A stretch of 64,000 nt of DNA from Tubulanus polymorphus (taxonomy: Eukaryota > Animalia > Nemertea). The stretch spans positions 7,626,001-7,690,000 of the forward strand of contig NC_134025.1 in the NCBI RefSeq assembly GCF_964204645.1. The letters are read 5' to 3'. Numbering within the stretch: the first letter of the stretch is position 1; each line of letters opens with the position of its first letter. Position numbers and translations under genes: made by a program. The notes beneath the pieces were generated by a model. That model did not search any database, was not told where the DNA came from, and was given only the letters and a program-made list of their open reading frames with translations. Below, in pieces: positions 39,569 to 53,100 of the stretch.

Positions 39569-41483
39569 ATGAGTCAGGAATCGAAACGACCTCGGAGAGA
39601 TTCTGCCATGACTGATGGCGAGACCTCCCAGAACCTGCCCCCGCCACCGGAAGGCAATAAAGACCACGGTATGCGTATGTTGCAAGGTTTGAATTCGTTG
39701 CGAAATGATAAAACTTTATGCGATGTGACGCTCATAGCTGAAGGTAAAAATCAAGATCGTCTGTTTACGATACAATGAAGTACATTTAAGTCGAAGAGTT
39801 GCTCATTGATTATTAATTCATGCTTTATCTCTAGGTCAAAGATTCGATGTTCACAAAGTTATCCTGGTGTCGTGTTCGGACTATTTCCGCTCGATGTTTA
39901 CGAGCGGTATGAAGGAGAGTCACCAGAGGGAGGTGGAATTGAAAGGCGTCACGGCGAAGGGTTTGGAGAAAGTTTTAGAAGTGATTTATGCGTCGACGAC
40001 CATCTTGGAAACGGATGACATATTCGACGTAATCGCGGCGGCCACTCATTTACAAGTGACTTCTGTGATCGAGTTTTGCGAGCGTAATTTCCTCAGCGGA
40101 ATTACCACTTTAGATTTCTATGATTTCATCAATACGGCGAAGCTGTATAACATGCACAGCGCTTTGCTGCAAATCGATAACTTTATCACGACAAATCTTC
40201 TGCAGATAGCGCGTGACGGAAATCTGAACTATCTCACTTACGAGCAGATGTTTAAATGTGTGAAGTCGAATCGAAGTCAAATTCACGAAATCGACTTGTT
40301 CAAAGTCGGCTGGGAGTGGATTCGTTTGGATCCGAGTCGTCGGACGTACGCGATTCCGTTGATGAATGAAATCCGTTTCATCCTGATGGAACCGGCCGAT
40401 ATAGTAAACCACGTTCAAAAAGAAGAGGCCATGATGACCGACCGAGATCTCGTCCAAATGGTCATCGACGCGCTGAATTATCACGTCGTCCCGCATTCTC
40501 AACCGCTTAAAACCGGTTTGGATATGGGCATGAGGTCTTTCGTGACGCGGGTCGTCAGTGTAGGTGGGCGACAGATTCAACCGGTGCCCGGTCTGTCGAG
40601 CGACGTCCACATATTCGACGAACATATTACATCCGATAGTTTAGTTCATCGACGATGGTTCGACAGTATGCCGAGTCCGCTCAGTCACTGTCAGGTCGTG
40701 ACGTTTCACAATTTTCTATACGTTCTCGGCGGTTGTTGTACGCAGTGCGCGCACGGCGAATCGGCCGTCAATTCTGTTCATCGGTTCGACGTGCGCTTCG
40801 AAACGTGGTATCAGTGTAACTCGATGTTGTATAAGCGCGCGTACTTTTTCGCCGGCGTTCTCGGTAATTTGTTGATCGCCGTAGGCGGCAAGCAAAAAGA
40901 CGGAAGCTTAGCGTCGACGGAGATCTACGATCCGGCGGATAATGCCTGGGAGACTGTTAGTTCGTTACCGGCCGTGCGGCACGCTCATTCGGGAGTCATT
41001 CATAATAACTACGTTTATATTACCGGCGGCTACAGTCATAATAACTTCACTTCGGAGATGTTGAGATTCGATCCGGCCACTAATATGTGGGATGAAATGG
41101 AACCGATGCACACCGCTCGTGGCTGGCACGTGATGTGTCAAACGAACAATAAATTTTATGTGTTCGGCGGCTGCTGTCTGAACGCGAATCACCAATGTTT
41201 ACCTGTGATGGTTTCCGAGAGTTACGACCCGGAAGTCGGTCAGTGGACTATTATAGCTCCGTTGTCGTTGTCCCATAAAGAAGCTTCGTGCGTTGTTTAC
41301 AATGACTCGATATATGTCGTGGGGGGTTACAATGTACAGACGAAAACTGGCCAGAAAATGGTTTCACGGTTCGATTTGCAATCTGGAACGTGGGAAGCCA
41401 TCGGTGAACTGCCTCAAAGTATGACGGGTGTCGGTTATGCTGTTTTGAAATTTTCTGAAACCCACAACCAAGATATAATCTAG
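39569..41483 (+). CDS. Kelch-like BTB-BACK-Kelch protein (exons 39569-39743 and 39835-41483)
   Basis: BTB LCDVTLIAE|GQRFDVHKVILVSCSDYFRSMFTSGMKES, a BACK domain and multiple kelch repeats (GG...Y/F-D...W). Paralogue not assignable by eye. Confidence 0.93.
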
Positions 41484-42550
41484 GCTGAATAGACTCAATA
41501 TTTTATCTGATTGAATATGGTTTACAGGGAATAAGATGCTTAATACTACTCTGACAAAATTGATGATCTTTCTATTACGCTAAGCCTAATTACTTGTGGA
41601 TCATCTTATGCCAAGGTTTGTAAAATTATCAATTGGTAAGGAAGTTGGTTGCGCCTGCTTTTGCAGCAAATTGTTCTATCCATGATTTTCTTAAATGACT
41701 GTATAAGGCCTTCAAGGTGGAAGCTTACCATTCTAATCCTTTGTAGTAAGCAATAGTTAGTACCTAGGCCAATCAATAATCATGTATCATTTTATACCTG
41801 CTAATCACTAATAGTTGAATCTCAAGAGATTTGAAGCCTATAATCAATTTTAGTCGTTAATATGTAATGATTTCTCTCTGCAGTTGATTTATCCATACTA
41901 TGTAAGTAACGTGAGAATAGGTACCGTAACTTGGCCAATCAAATGCATTTAACTCGTGAAAAGCATGCTTACGTTTATAGATCATGTTCATCACCTGCGA
42001 TGTAGTCAGATTCTCCATGTTATTTCCAGCTTGTTATTGAAAAGATTTTAAGCTTATGTACATGTACATATTTGTATCACCAACGAACTTGTGTGCTAAA
42101 AATTTAAGCTATGTAAAGATTGGATATGTAAATATATGAATTATGGATTTAAATAGTAAATTTTTATCATTTCTGTGGATATCTGGTAAAATTCTCATGA
42201 ATGGTAGTTTGATTAGATATTTGGACAGGTTTTAATTGTCAACTCACTGCAGAACTAGGTGCCACATTTGAAACAAGCATGTTTTTGTTGGGAATATTGC
42301 GCTAGGGGCCATCACTTCTAAATCAATGAAATGCCAACTAAGTGAACAAATAACGCAGGAATATAATATACGATTCATATCATTTAATACTGTTGTCATA
42401 GGTCGAGGTATAACCCTTCAGTAAAAAAATCTAAGAAAATGAAAAGCTATTTAACAATTTTGTAAAACATTTCTAAAAATCTCTTCAACAAGATGCATAA
42501 GACACTGATAAGCACTACAGAACACTGATAACACTCAAAACATTGTTTTT

Positions 42551-45500
42551 TCAGTGATTTACTAAAGTTTGTCGTTCTACTAATTTCTTAAAGAGTCCAT
42601 TTTCGATGTTCATTAAATGTGAATAACTTCCAAGTTCTACCACGTGACCATTGTCTAACACAGCAATTTGATTAGCATTTTTTATCGTTGATAATCTATG
42701 AGCTATTGTGATCACCGTCCGTCCGACCATCAAGCGTTCTAAGGCTTCTTGTACTAGGTATTCACTTTCAGCATCTAGAGCACTAGAAAAAAACAGATCT
42801 TTCTTTAATAGACTGACTAGTTTGAAGCATTTGTAATTGCAGAGAAAAGTAAGTATTGTACCTAGTAGCCTCATCTAAGACAAGAATTTCAGGATTCTGG
42901 AAATATAAGTAGAAATGCCCTTTACAATTTTCTGTGTAGTGCTGTAAAAACTGAATTGCAGTTTGTAACAAACTTACTCGTAGTATGGCTCGAGCAATTG
43001 CAATTCTCTGCCTCTGACCTCCCGAAAGCATAAGTCCGCGTTCACCAACCAAAGTATCGAAACCATCAGGAAAATTATTCACAAAATTGAATGCATTTGC
43101 TTTTTTGGCAGCTTCTGTAATGTCTTCTGTGGTAACGCTATCTGGGTCGAAAGCTCCATATGCTATATTTTCTGCTACAGAACAGGAAAACAATACTGGC
43201 TCCTGTAAAAACATGAAAATTCAATAAGTCTAAGATTTCAAAACTGAGTACATCAACATTAGGATTACCCATTATATTAGCTGGTAGCCAGAAACATGTC
43301 TGTGGTCTAGTTTCACGATTGGATATTTTCACAGTAGGTTCAAGCCCATCTGATTAAAAAAGCTTACCACCAACGATTAGGTAGCTGGTACATACCTGAC
43401 TTACAGTTCCGATATGGCGTCTTAACCACGAGGGACTCATATTAGATATATTGTTACCATTAATCATAATGCAACCTGAAATTATGATCATTTAACATAC
43501 AATTCTTAATCTGTTTCTCAAATTTGCTGTATTGATGCATTATTAGATCGTAAATGAACTTGAGATCATACCTTGATTAGGATCATAAAATCTCAGCAGT
43601 AGACTGGTCAGGGTGGATTTTCCGGAACCACTCGGACCTACCACCGCTGTCACCTGACCGGATGGCGCAGTTAAACTCAGTTCTTTGAATAACTGGACAT
43701 CAGGACGACTGGGATAGGTAAAAGAAATATCATTGAAGATGATATCACCTTTGATACCGTGTTGACTAGAGTGAATGTGTTCAGTGAAGAGGGGAATTGA
43801 TGGTTGACGGTCAGTAAGTTCCCATAGACGTCCACTAGCCCCTAACCCTCTCATCATTTCAGTGTAAAAAGAGGAAAGACCTAAACAAATAGGCAACATG
43901 TACAGTATTGCATAATATCTATACGACAAATTTCAAAGGAAAGTACATTTTTCAATATTTACCTCCCATGGCTACACCAATGTAAGCTGCATATAGCAGA
44001 AAAGCAGACAAATCTCCAACAGTCATTTGGGCCTCTTGCATCTGTAGTCCTCCATTATAAAACACAGACAACATAATAAGGTTTCCTGAAAGTCCAGTCT
44101 GCAATCAAAGGATCGAATAGCTTTTAATTAGCGTACTTCTCAATAAAACATACTACCGGTACATAGAAAATAATTCAGATAATCATATGCTGTTTACTTA
44201 CAGAGGCCCAAAATAATCCTCGAGCCAGGGCTTCCTTATAAGAAAGATTTAGTACGTGTTCAATACGTTGGCGATACGATTTCATTTCTTCTGGTTCATG
44301 AGCGAATGCACGCACTGATCTTATATTGCTAATTCTTTCTTCAGCGACCTATGAAATACGATTTTATGCTTATTGTAGCTCAAAGATAAGAAATCATAAT
44401 GGACAAACTGTCTAGTTACCTGTGTAGCATCTGCCAGCGAATCTTGAACATTTTTAGTAATCGAACGAACGTATCTTCCATAAATGATGGACACTATAGC
44501 TATAGGTGGAACTATACTCAATGCAACTAGAGTCAGTTTTGGCGACACGTAAAACTGAAAAATAAGCAATATACAATGCGATAGATTTCATGAGATTGCT
44601 TCAATTCCATTGAGACATCTAAATTGCACTCGTTGAATTATGTTGGGTGAGACGTTATACGTAGGCCTAAAGCAATTATTGGTATTATGATTATACCATC
44701 ATTCCAACTGCCCCAATGGCTTGAATTGTAGACCGTAGTCCATCAGAAATATTCTGTGTGACTGACTGGCCGACTAGAGCTGTATCAGCAGAAAGACGGT
44801 TGATTATTTCACCAGTTTTCGTTTTATCGAAGAAAGCCATTTCTTGAGTCATTACAGATGAAAACAGGGAATCTCTGATTTGTTTGATGATTCTTTGACC
44901 TACACAAAATTAAGCAGAAAAAATTGAATTGAAGAAGAGAGAACTAAGGAAAATAAAAAACCAGACGCAATCCTTTTTAAAGCCACGCATAACTCGACCT
45001 GATATCTGCATCAAGTAAACCCTTCCAAAATTAGCAGTTGCTCCAGATATGAACACTGCACCTAAGACGGCACAGATTTTCTGTAATTTTTCAATGGCAT
45101 CAGCGTTAGTAGCAGCTGCATTCACAATGTCGATTATATGCCCCATGAAGAATGGAACTGACATTGTGACACCACTTGAAATGAGCAGTAGACTGACCCC
45201 TCCTGTAATGATTAGAAAAAATACAACTTAGCTCACAAACTCATCAGCATTATACAATGAGCGACAGTATCGTGCAATATCTTACCAGCTAATCTCCATT
45301 TTTCTGGACCAGCTAATGACAACAAACGCTTCACATCTGTAGACTTGATCTTACTCTTAATACCTTTCTTATCGATATCACTATCTGGTGATACAGCTAC
45401 ACTTCGTTGTTCTTTCATGGACCTGACATTCCTTGTTGTTGAATAGAATTTGCAGCAAAAGTACAATGGATAACGCACAGTAATTTGTCTATTTTCATCA

Positions 45501-45643
45501 TTTGGAAATCTATATATATTTTGACGCTTTGACGTCTTTGTCGATATCGATGAACAGCTTATTCTAAGGTAAGGCAGTTGTAGATGAATTGATCGCGTGA
45601 TTAATGTTTTCCGGTAAATTAGACATGACGCACGTCGCAACAT
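42551..45643 (-). CDS. ABCB10: Mitochondrial ABC half-transporter ABCB10
   Basis: Basic N-terminal transit-like peptide, [21 protein letters not shown], Walker [10 protein letters not shown], signature [19 protein letters not shown]|SALD and IAHRLSTI. Confidence 0.93.
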
Positions 45644-46099
45644 CGTGTCAATGGCAGTCGGCCTATAAACAGCAGGTAGCACAAATCGTGAGTCTCCAGA
45701 CCAGGTGTTCGCAGCAAATCATCTACTTTCTAGCAATCAGTCAGATAGCCTTCATGATATCCATCAATCAATCAGCATCACTTCTCATCCTGGAAAATAT
45801 CCAATAAAAACAATACAAAAATATCCACTTCCAAAATGTTAATGAAGAAATGACAGCCACCTCCATTCTTCTATCCATTTGTACAAAAGTATAGCTCACT
45901 CACCTAAAAAACCTACGGCAATGGGGAATACTAATCAAGGCTATAGTTTGACGTTTCGCATGGATGGATGTGTTTTTTGACAGTTTACTAATTACAAGGC
46001 AAAGTTCTTTACTCAAGTTACGCGGATGTAATAATTTTTCTTAAGGTCAGTGGACCTTCAATTCAATTCAATTCAATCAACAACTGTCAAAAGTGTGTA

Positions 46100-47541
46100 A
46101 TGAGTTCATCGCTTCCTCCCAGGCCGCCTCCCCTACCCCCAGTACCGCCTCCGCTACCTTCAAAAACAATTCAGCAGAACTCCGTCAAACCACTGACAAT
46201 TTTTTATCCGTTAGACAATATTATAGAAGAGATTCATCACGTTTTGAGAAGGAAACTTTCGTTGTTGAGGTAATCTACTTTCACACAGTGTGACAGTTTT
46301 TCCTTGACTTGGCATATTTCCATTTCAGATATTTTCTTAGCTAATAAGTATCATTTCTTAAGTCGTGATCGTTCTTATTGCAGTTCAGAGAAAAGTTGTG
46401 ATTTGTTATTATCGCACTATATGCCGGTTCCATCTCTTCTTCAAGATGGACCAATGTGAGTAAACAAGTTGCTTCTCTAGTCTCGTGTTCGATTAACTTT
46501 TTTTCACTTTTTGTGCTTTTATTTGTCGTAGGTGTGGTTTGGTGGCATTACAGTTGGCCGCTGAATGTCTAAAGGTGGAAATTAACGCAAAGGAATTGCT
46601 GAAAGTTGCCCAAAATGAAGGCTGGTCTAAACAGGGAGAGATATTCAATGGTAAGTCACGTTACATTCTGAAAGAAGATAGGTTGCTCATCTAATAGATC
46701 ACTCAGTTAATACCTTATTTATTCAAGCATTATTTACTTTTACAGCTAAACATATTTCGTTACTTGTTGAGAAATGTTTAAAGTGTAATGCTGAACTTAT
46801 AACCGGTGGGTTGGACGTCAATCAGGAGAAGATCTCTCAGCATCTAATGAATGGTTTACCCGTGTTAATTCCGTATCCTTTTATGAAATGAGAAAGATTC
46901 TCAGTAGATTAGTCCTGTGTCAGTGGTCGTTTAATCCTTGACGTGATTTCAGGTATGATTCAGATGGCAATCATGAACCTTGTTTTAAGAAGGGCCATAA
47001 AGCTCATTGGGCTGTCTTAACAGGTATGTATAAACAGGTCGTTTAGAATTATTCAGAATTGTAGTTCCACAGTTAGGAGTTAATTAACCTCTAGAATAAA
47101 GTAGTTAAGTCCACTTCCAATTCTGAATTCTGACAGCTAGATTTTAACCCAGTACTGTTGAACCAGCCTGTTTTCTATTCAACTGCAGGGATGGTGCTTG
47201 TATTTAATAAAAGTGATTACTCTGCAGCATCCATTCACGAACTTCATTATCACCAAGATGAAATGTTGCCTAATGTTTTCCACGCTGAGATTTCAAAGGA
47301 CATGAACTATGATGAAAAACGTTTTGCATTGATGGATTATAAAAGATCTGATATATATGTTTATGCCAAACATGGTAAAAGTAAATATCTTGATTTGTGG
47401 AATTATGAACAGCTAGCAGCAAGCAACAATAACTTAGTGGAAGTATCTGGTGAAATTCTACAAGATAGAGACAATTTTGTCATACCTATCGATGGTGTTA
47501 TTTCTGGATTGATGGGTAGAAGTGTTCTAATTTGGAAATAA
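46100..47541 (+). CDS. ACTMAP: Actin maturation protease (C19orf54/UPF0692), 6 coding exons
   Basis: Pro-rich N-terminus, QDGPM|CGLVAL (catalytic Cys), QGEIF, LIP|YDSDGNHEPCFKKGHKAHWAV (catalytic His) and HGKSKYLDLWNYEQLAASNNNL. Confidence 0.9.
46873..46952 (+). other. U12-type (minor spliceosome) GT-AG intron in ACTMAP
   Basis: 5' splice site GTATCCTTT, branch site TCCTTGAC at 46935-46942 about 10 nt before the AG. Splicing restores LIP-YD. Confidence 0.9.
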
Positions 47542-48031
47542 AATGAAACTCTCATTTGTAAGAAATATTTTTGGTGCTAAAGGGTTCTACAATGTACTCG
47601 CTACATGTATACCACAAATTAGCTGGTCAATGTTTACTCAATTTGTTATCCTTTTTCGATGAATAAAATCAAAAAACAAATCTTATAAATTTCTTAAAAC
47701 TTAATCTGAATTTTTTTATTTTCAAGAATTAGTTTATTGCACAAAAGAATAACCATGGCCTTAGGGCTATCACATACTCGCTATTTTTTAATCTGTCTTT
47801 TTGGTAATAAATTAAACATAACTAAACAAGATTGGAACAACTTTTCAATCGGAAGTCTATACAGGAACAAGAATAACAAAATATACCTTCCTTGGAGTTC
47901 ATTGATTGCACAAGTTATTGACTGAATGGAGATTCAAATACGATATCTCTGATATCTATCTTGGCATTCAAAGTTTTTTTCTCGTTTTAACATAATCCTG
48001 CCACAGTCAAGACACAATCTCTGATTCCATT

Positions 48032-50138
48032 TCATTCCTCCCATCCCTTTGCCCAGATATCATCATCGTCCCCTTTACACCGAATCGAACCTGAAATTTG
48101 AAGAGTTAATGGTAAAGCAAGAGTTATTGTAATCCATTCAACTAATGGCAATAGAATTTCATAGCCTACCTGAAGAAGCTGTAGCTGGCCAGGTGCTGTG
48201 GTTGCTGGGAAGAGTAAGTCCCAAACCTTTTAGAATATATAACGTTTTAAGAATTAGCCATATTATGACAAATCTCTAGAAAATTGTAGATTACGCCTAT
48301 TTTAATCTTTTTCAAGGAAAAAATATTGAAGGGTGAAGGGAAAAAGATAACACATTTTTTTTTTAAAAGCTTTTATTATATCAGTATCTGATGAGTATGC
48401 CATTATCTTTATCAAACACATTCAATTTATTCATAAAGACTGCAGAAAAATAATTTGCATTGAGTGAAAATTGTGATGAATTGAATTGGCAAATGATTGG
48501 AGAAACTAAGAAAAGTGAATTTTTGCAAATCACTTGATTGAAAATAAGGAAGACGGACTGATATAAAAAATTGAGATAAATTTTCCAGATAAATTGTGGA
48601 AAAAATGACTAGAGGACTGAAATTCTTTTTCAAATTTATATTTTTTTGTGGATCCGTACTTAAAGTAATTAAAAAGGACCTTACCATGCATATCAAATGA
48701 AGATTCTGGAATGACACACACAACTCCGGGTGAAGATTCACTCGACGCTCCTGACGACACAAACCAAGTGCATTCACTGCCTGGACTTGCAGAATCATAT
48801 TCTAACATGTCATCACATAGTTTACAGGCGTGTGGTGACCTGTTCGGTCCTCTAGGGTAGAAGTCGATATCTGGTCCTCTTGTGTACTCTCTGTAAGCTC
48901 CGCCGTGGTGTTCAGGTCTTTCACGTTTCCAGGCGTTATGATCAGGTTCAATAGCCATCACCTTTCAGGTAAAAAAAAGCAGTGATAAACTAAAGAAAAG
49001 TGATGCTTTCTTCGCTGGACCATCCCCTTTAGTTTTTACCTCTTCACAACATTTTTTACTGACAACAGCTCGGTATCCAATTCGCTTCCACAACTTATCC
49101 CTCTTCAGCAGAAAACTTGGGTATCTTTTACGCCAGTTGCGACCCAGCGCCCAGGGAAATATTTCATATTTATAATCTTCCTCATCTTCCTCCATATCAT
49201 TAGCCAAGTACCTTAGAATTCGAATGGAAAGTTTCACCGAAGACGTAACTTAGATATTTCATATATCAGAACTAGCTCATGTAATTCTCAGAAATGGCAT
49301 CTGATCAGGTCTTAAAAAACTTACAGAGCAACAAAGAAGTTCATGCGACTGTATTCTCTCAGTATAAACGATGCTCTTTTGAAGTAAGCAAATGTCATTG
49401 CCAGGAGATACTGCAATTAAGAAAGACATTTTGTCCAAATTTGAGGACAACGGCTTTTAACTTAATCAGTTAATGTTACAGGCCTAATGTCGATGTCGGA
49501 GGAAATGTATCAAAGGATTTTTGAAAGTATGACTGAAGTAGCCAAATTTCACTGTCGAAAGTTTCATTTTAACCTTGTCTGAAATGCGTCTACAGGAATC
49601 TCTGGCCAGGAAGCTCAAAATAATATCATCTGAAAGATTCAACGAAAATAATGAATGAACTATTTCACAGGGAACATTATTCAGAACGTTTTTTGGCTCT
49701 TATTTATTTACCTAATAGTATCAGCTTAAAGAATGCTTGCATTTCTTTAGCCTTAACTGTGAAACTAGTACTCTTTCTCAGTGATATCGGTGCATCGTAA
49801 TCCCAGTTCGATGCTGCATGTTTTATGCGTTTATACGGACTGTTGAATACCGCAATTGAATTCTTGTTTTTATGCGTCGCAGATTCTTCGTCGTCGATTG
49901 CCGCGTCTCGGTTTCTCTTTTTCGGCGCTTTATCGATGGCTTTCGACGGTCTTCGTTCGATGGTCGGATAAAATGTTCGGAATGTTTTAGAGAATGAGGC
50001 GAAATTTACTTCGTTCTTATCCGCGATATTATCGCAAACTTGGGAAACGACTTTCCCTTTGCGGTAATAGTAATAGATTGTCTCGGTTTCGACTACGTAA
50101 CTACCATTATTGTAAGCAGTGGGCCTGTAAGCCATCAT
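48032..50138 (-). CDS. SPDYA: Speedy/RINGO CDK activator
   Basis: Spy1 box assembled across exons: ISDK|[13 protein letters not shown]...NFFVAL|[26 protein letters not shown]...[12 protein letters not shown]|[25 protein letters not shown] at 50138, TGA at 48032. Confidence 0.92.
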
Positions 50139-53100
50139 CTCAATCAAATAAAACGGACCGGTCGTCCTGAAACAGAAAAGGGAAAACCAAGGAATGATTC
50201 AAAATTGTCATGCGAATTTCGAACCTTTGGCTCTAAAGGGCTGCTAGAATTTGGTGCAAACAAAATGATAACAAAAAATGAATATTAGAGGTCTGTTGGC
50301 CATTATTTCCTATCAAATAAAAAGGGACCGGTGATTCTGAAAAAAGAAACATGAGCTCGAGGATTGATAAATTTTCAGCAGCCTATTTAATTCATTTCAG
50401 ACCCAACCGACCTTTGTTGTCTAGGTGGCCTGCTAAAGAATATTGATGAATAAAATAAAAATACAAATGAATGTGAACTCACTCGACTACTCGCGGAGTC
50501 ACTTCATTTTCATGATCGATGATGTTATCGAAAATAAAATCTAATTGATTTTGACTTGATTTGAAGTTTAGTTAGTTTTTACTCCACAAAAACCGTTTAT
50601 CGATACTCTGACGTTGATAAAAACTACAAATATTCGATCATCCAGTTCTTTACCTTCATATAAACAATAAATCAGGCTCGTTTGTAGTGTTATTACTCGT
50701 TGAAATTCATTTGTTCGTTCCGGTAATTTCCAACATTCATCGTCTGCATGCGGTAGAGTGCACGCTTCCTCCATCTATCGGCTTTAACGCAAACAACGAG
50801 GGCGCAATTTACAATTTAGGCATTTTTTGGATCCGCCCCTAGAATTCTGCAAAAATCATCAAATTAGAAAAAAAACTGCCTACTTTGTGTTTCCATCACA
50901 ATTTTTCAACACATTTTTTTTCGTTATATCCGTCTTGATTTTATGAGTAACTTGTAGGCTAATTAACATTTCTCCCATCATCTGAATCAAATGGATCTCA
51001 ATTTCCACTCCCTTTTTGTTTTTCTGCAGCTTCTGTGAAAATACCCGAATAATGCTAATGAAAAATTGTATTCTTATGATAAGAAAGATTGTATGTATCT
51101 TTTCCTGTTCAATAAATTATCAATATTTAGTAACGACTGTATGCCATATTACCTCGAAAAAAATTTTTCGTGGTGAATTGCACTAAAGATTTTTGAAAAG
51201 TAAGAATATATCATTTGATTTCCTCGGTTTTTTCTCGGGCCAGTGTTTCATGGCCAGCACAGAACTCTACATCTAAAAGGACTGTCGAAAACTTCACGTG
51301 AACCTTGGTGTCCCACTAAGTAGGCCACCGCAGGCACGAACTGGTACGAGTCCAGAGTTAGCACGCGGCCGGACTTCAATATACAATGAGTGTTGATTCT
51401 AACCATGTCCCGTTGATTCTAACCATGATAAGACTTACATAAAGAAGAAGAGCTGAGTTTTGGTTGTAAAAAATGAGAAATGTTTTATTTTTATCGAGAA
51501 GAACAATTATTTACAAATTTGAAATGACTTTTTCCAACAAATGACTATAATACACCAATTATAGGAAATATTATACAATCCGCTATATATACATTTGTAA
51601 TTTTACATCAATTCACACGTTCGATTCGGTGACGTAGTACGTACTTATTAATATTCAATTCCTATATATAAAAATCTTTCAATGAAATAACAAACAAGCA
51701 ATGGATAACAAATTTACGATTTGAAGAAAGACAAACTCCACTGTCTCGGGTATGACACGCGATGCTACATTATGATATAAAAACAATGGTTATCCTCAAT
51801 GATACAATAAAACACCGACAACTTGATATCGGTTTAGTTAAGCCATGGATTAAAACCGTTTATAGTCCATGATTTAGCGGCTGATCTTGGTGTTGTGAGA
51901 TACCGTTTCGATTATCAAACAACTTGTTGACATTTCACTATATGGTTATTGATTCCGCTGGGGAGCCTTGATTTTTCTAATGGCCCAAATTAGCCATCAA
52001 TCATTTTAGTATCGATTGAATTATATTAACAACATCAATTTGCAATGGATACGATTTTTGAGGTCTAAACATTCACAACGAGTTTTTAAAGTACATTTAA
52101 TAGACTCCTTGAGTTTTGAAGGTCTAGTATTAAGATAGTTGATCAAATGAACTTTCAATGGAAGAGTTACAATACATCTATATAATAGATGAACGGTAAT
52201 GCTTGTCCGTTATGATTTGTGTAGTAGCTCCGTGTGTGAAATGTAACCTATCCAGTCAAGAGAGGCACTGCAAGAGGGCCCTCAGTGAACAGTATGTATC
52301 ATCACGGTTTATTGCGCACAACCGATGTGCAAATCTAGAGCTCATTAATATCAAAACTAATGGAGCGAAAGACCTGTCGTAGAAGCTCAATTTGTGGACG
52401 ATCCTCTGTAAAACTAACCATTGGCTTACTAGCTCTACTACTATCACACAAATCATTTTGATGATCTTCCAGAGTTTCAGATTCTCAACCACTCGTGTAA
52501 AATATAGATGGAATTCAACGACATTGTTCCTAATTTCAATTGAAAACAAATAAAATATCGTCAATTAAAAGAAATTATTGGTTTATATACAAATATGCGA
52601 CAACAATTTCTAGTCTGGAAGATCGTTATTATTATACGTGGAAATTCTGGCATTCTAATAGAAAACTTATACTTGGGAAACCTTTTTGGATGTGATAACG
52701 GTTAATAGCTGCACTTTAAAGTCTTGGAATTGAGATCCGAGAGACGGCATTTGTAATTGAGGAAATCAACGAAGAAATCTTCGATGAGATTAGCATGGAA
52801 TCTACATTATAAGATGCAAGTAAGCAGGAAATGTGCTCCAGGGATATCTAGGCATTTTGCGTTGGCTGAGCATGAAGAGAAAAAGTGTGAACGATCGTAA
52901 AACGGTGAAAAAACGTGAATGTGCAGAAGCCAGATCTTCCGATAAAATATGAAATTGTCCTAGCAGACATGAACTGCCTGATCATGCCAAAGTGTGTATA
53001 GGTTTGAACCCGGTGCAGAGTGAACAATCAGGGTCAAAACAGACAAAGGCAAAATTTGGCTAACGGAGTTTTCCGGATACTAGGGATTTCAGATCAATCA

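Noticed and set aside
40110-41195. Minus-strand ORFs of 171 and 76 aa
   Set aside because: Antisense shadows of the Kelch coding exon, with no motifs.
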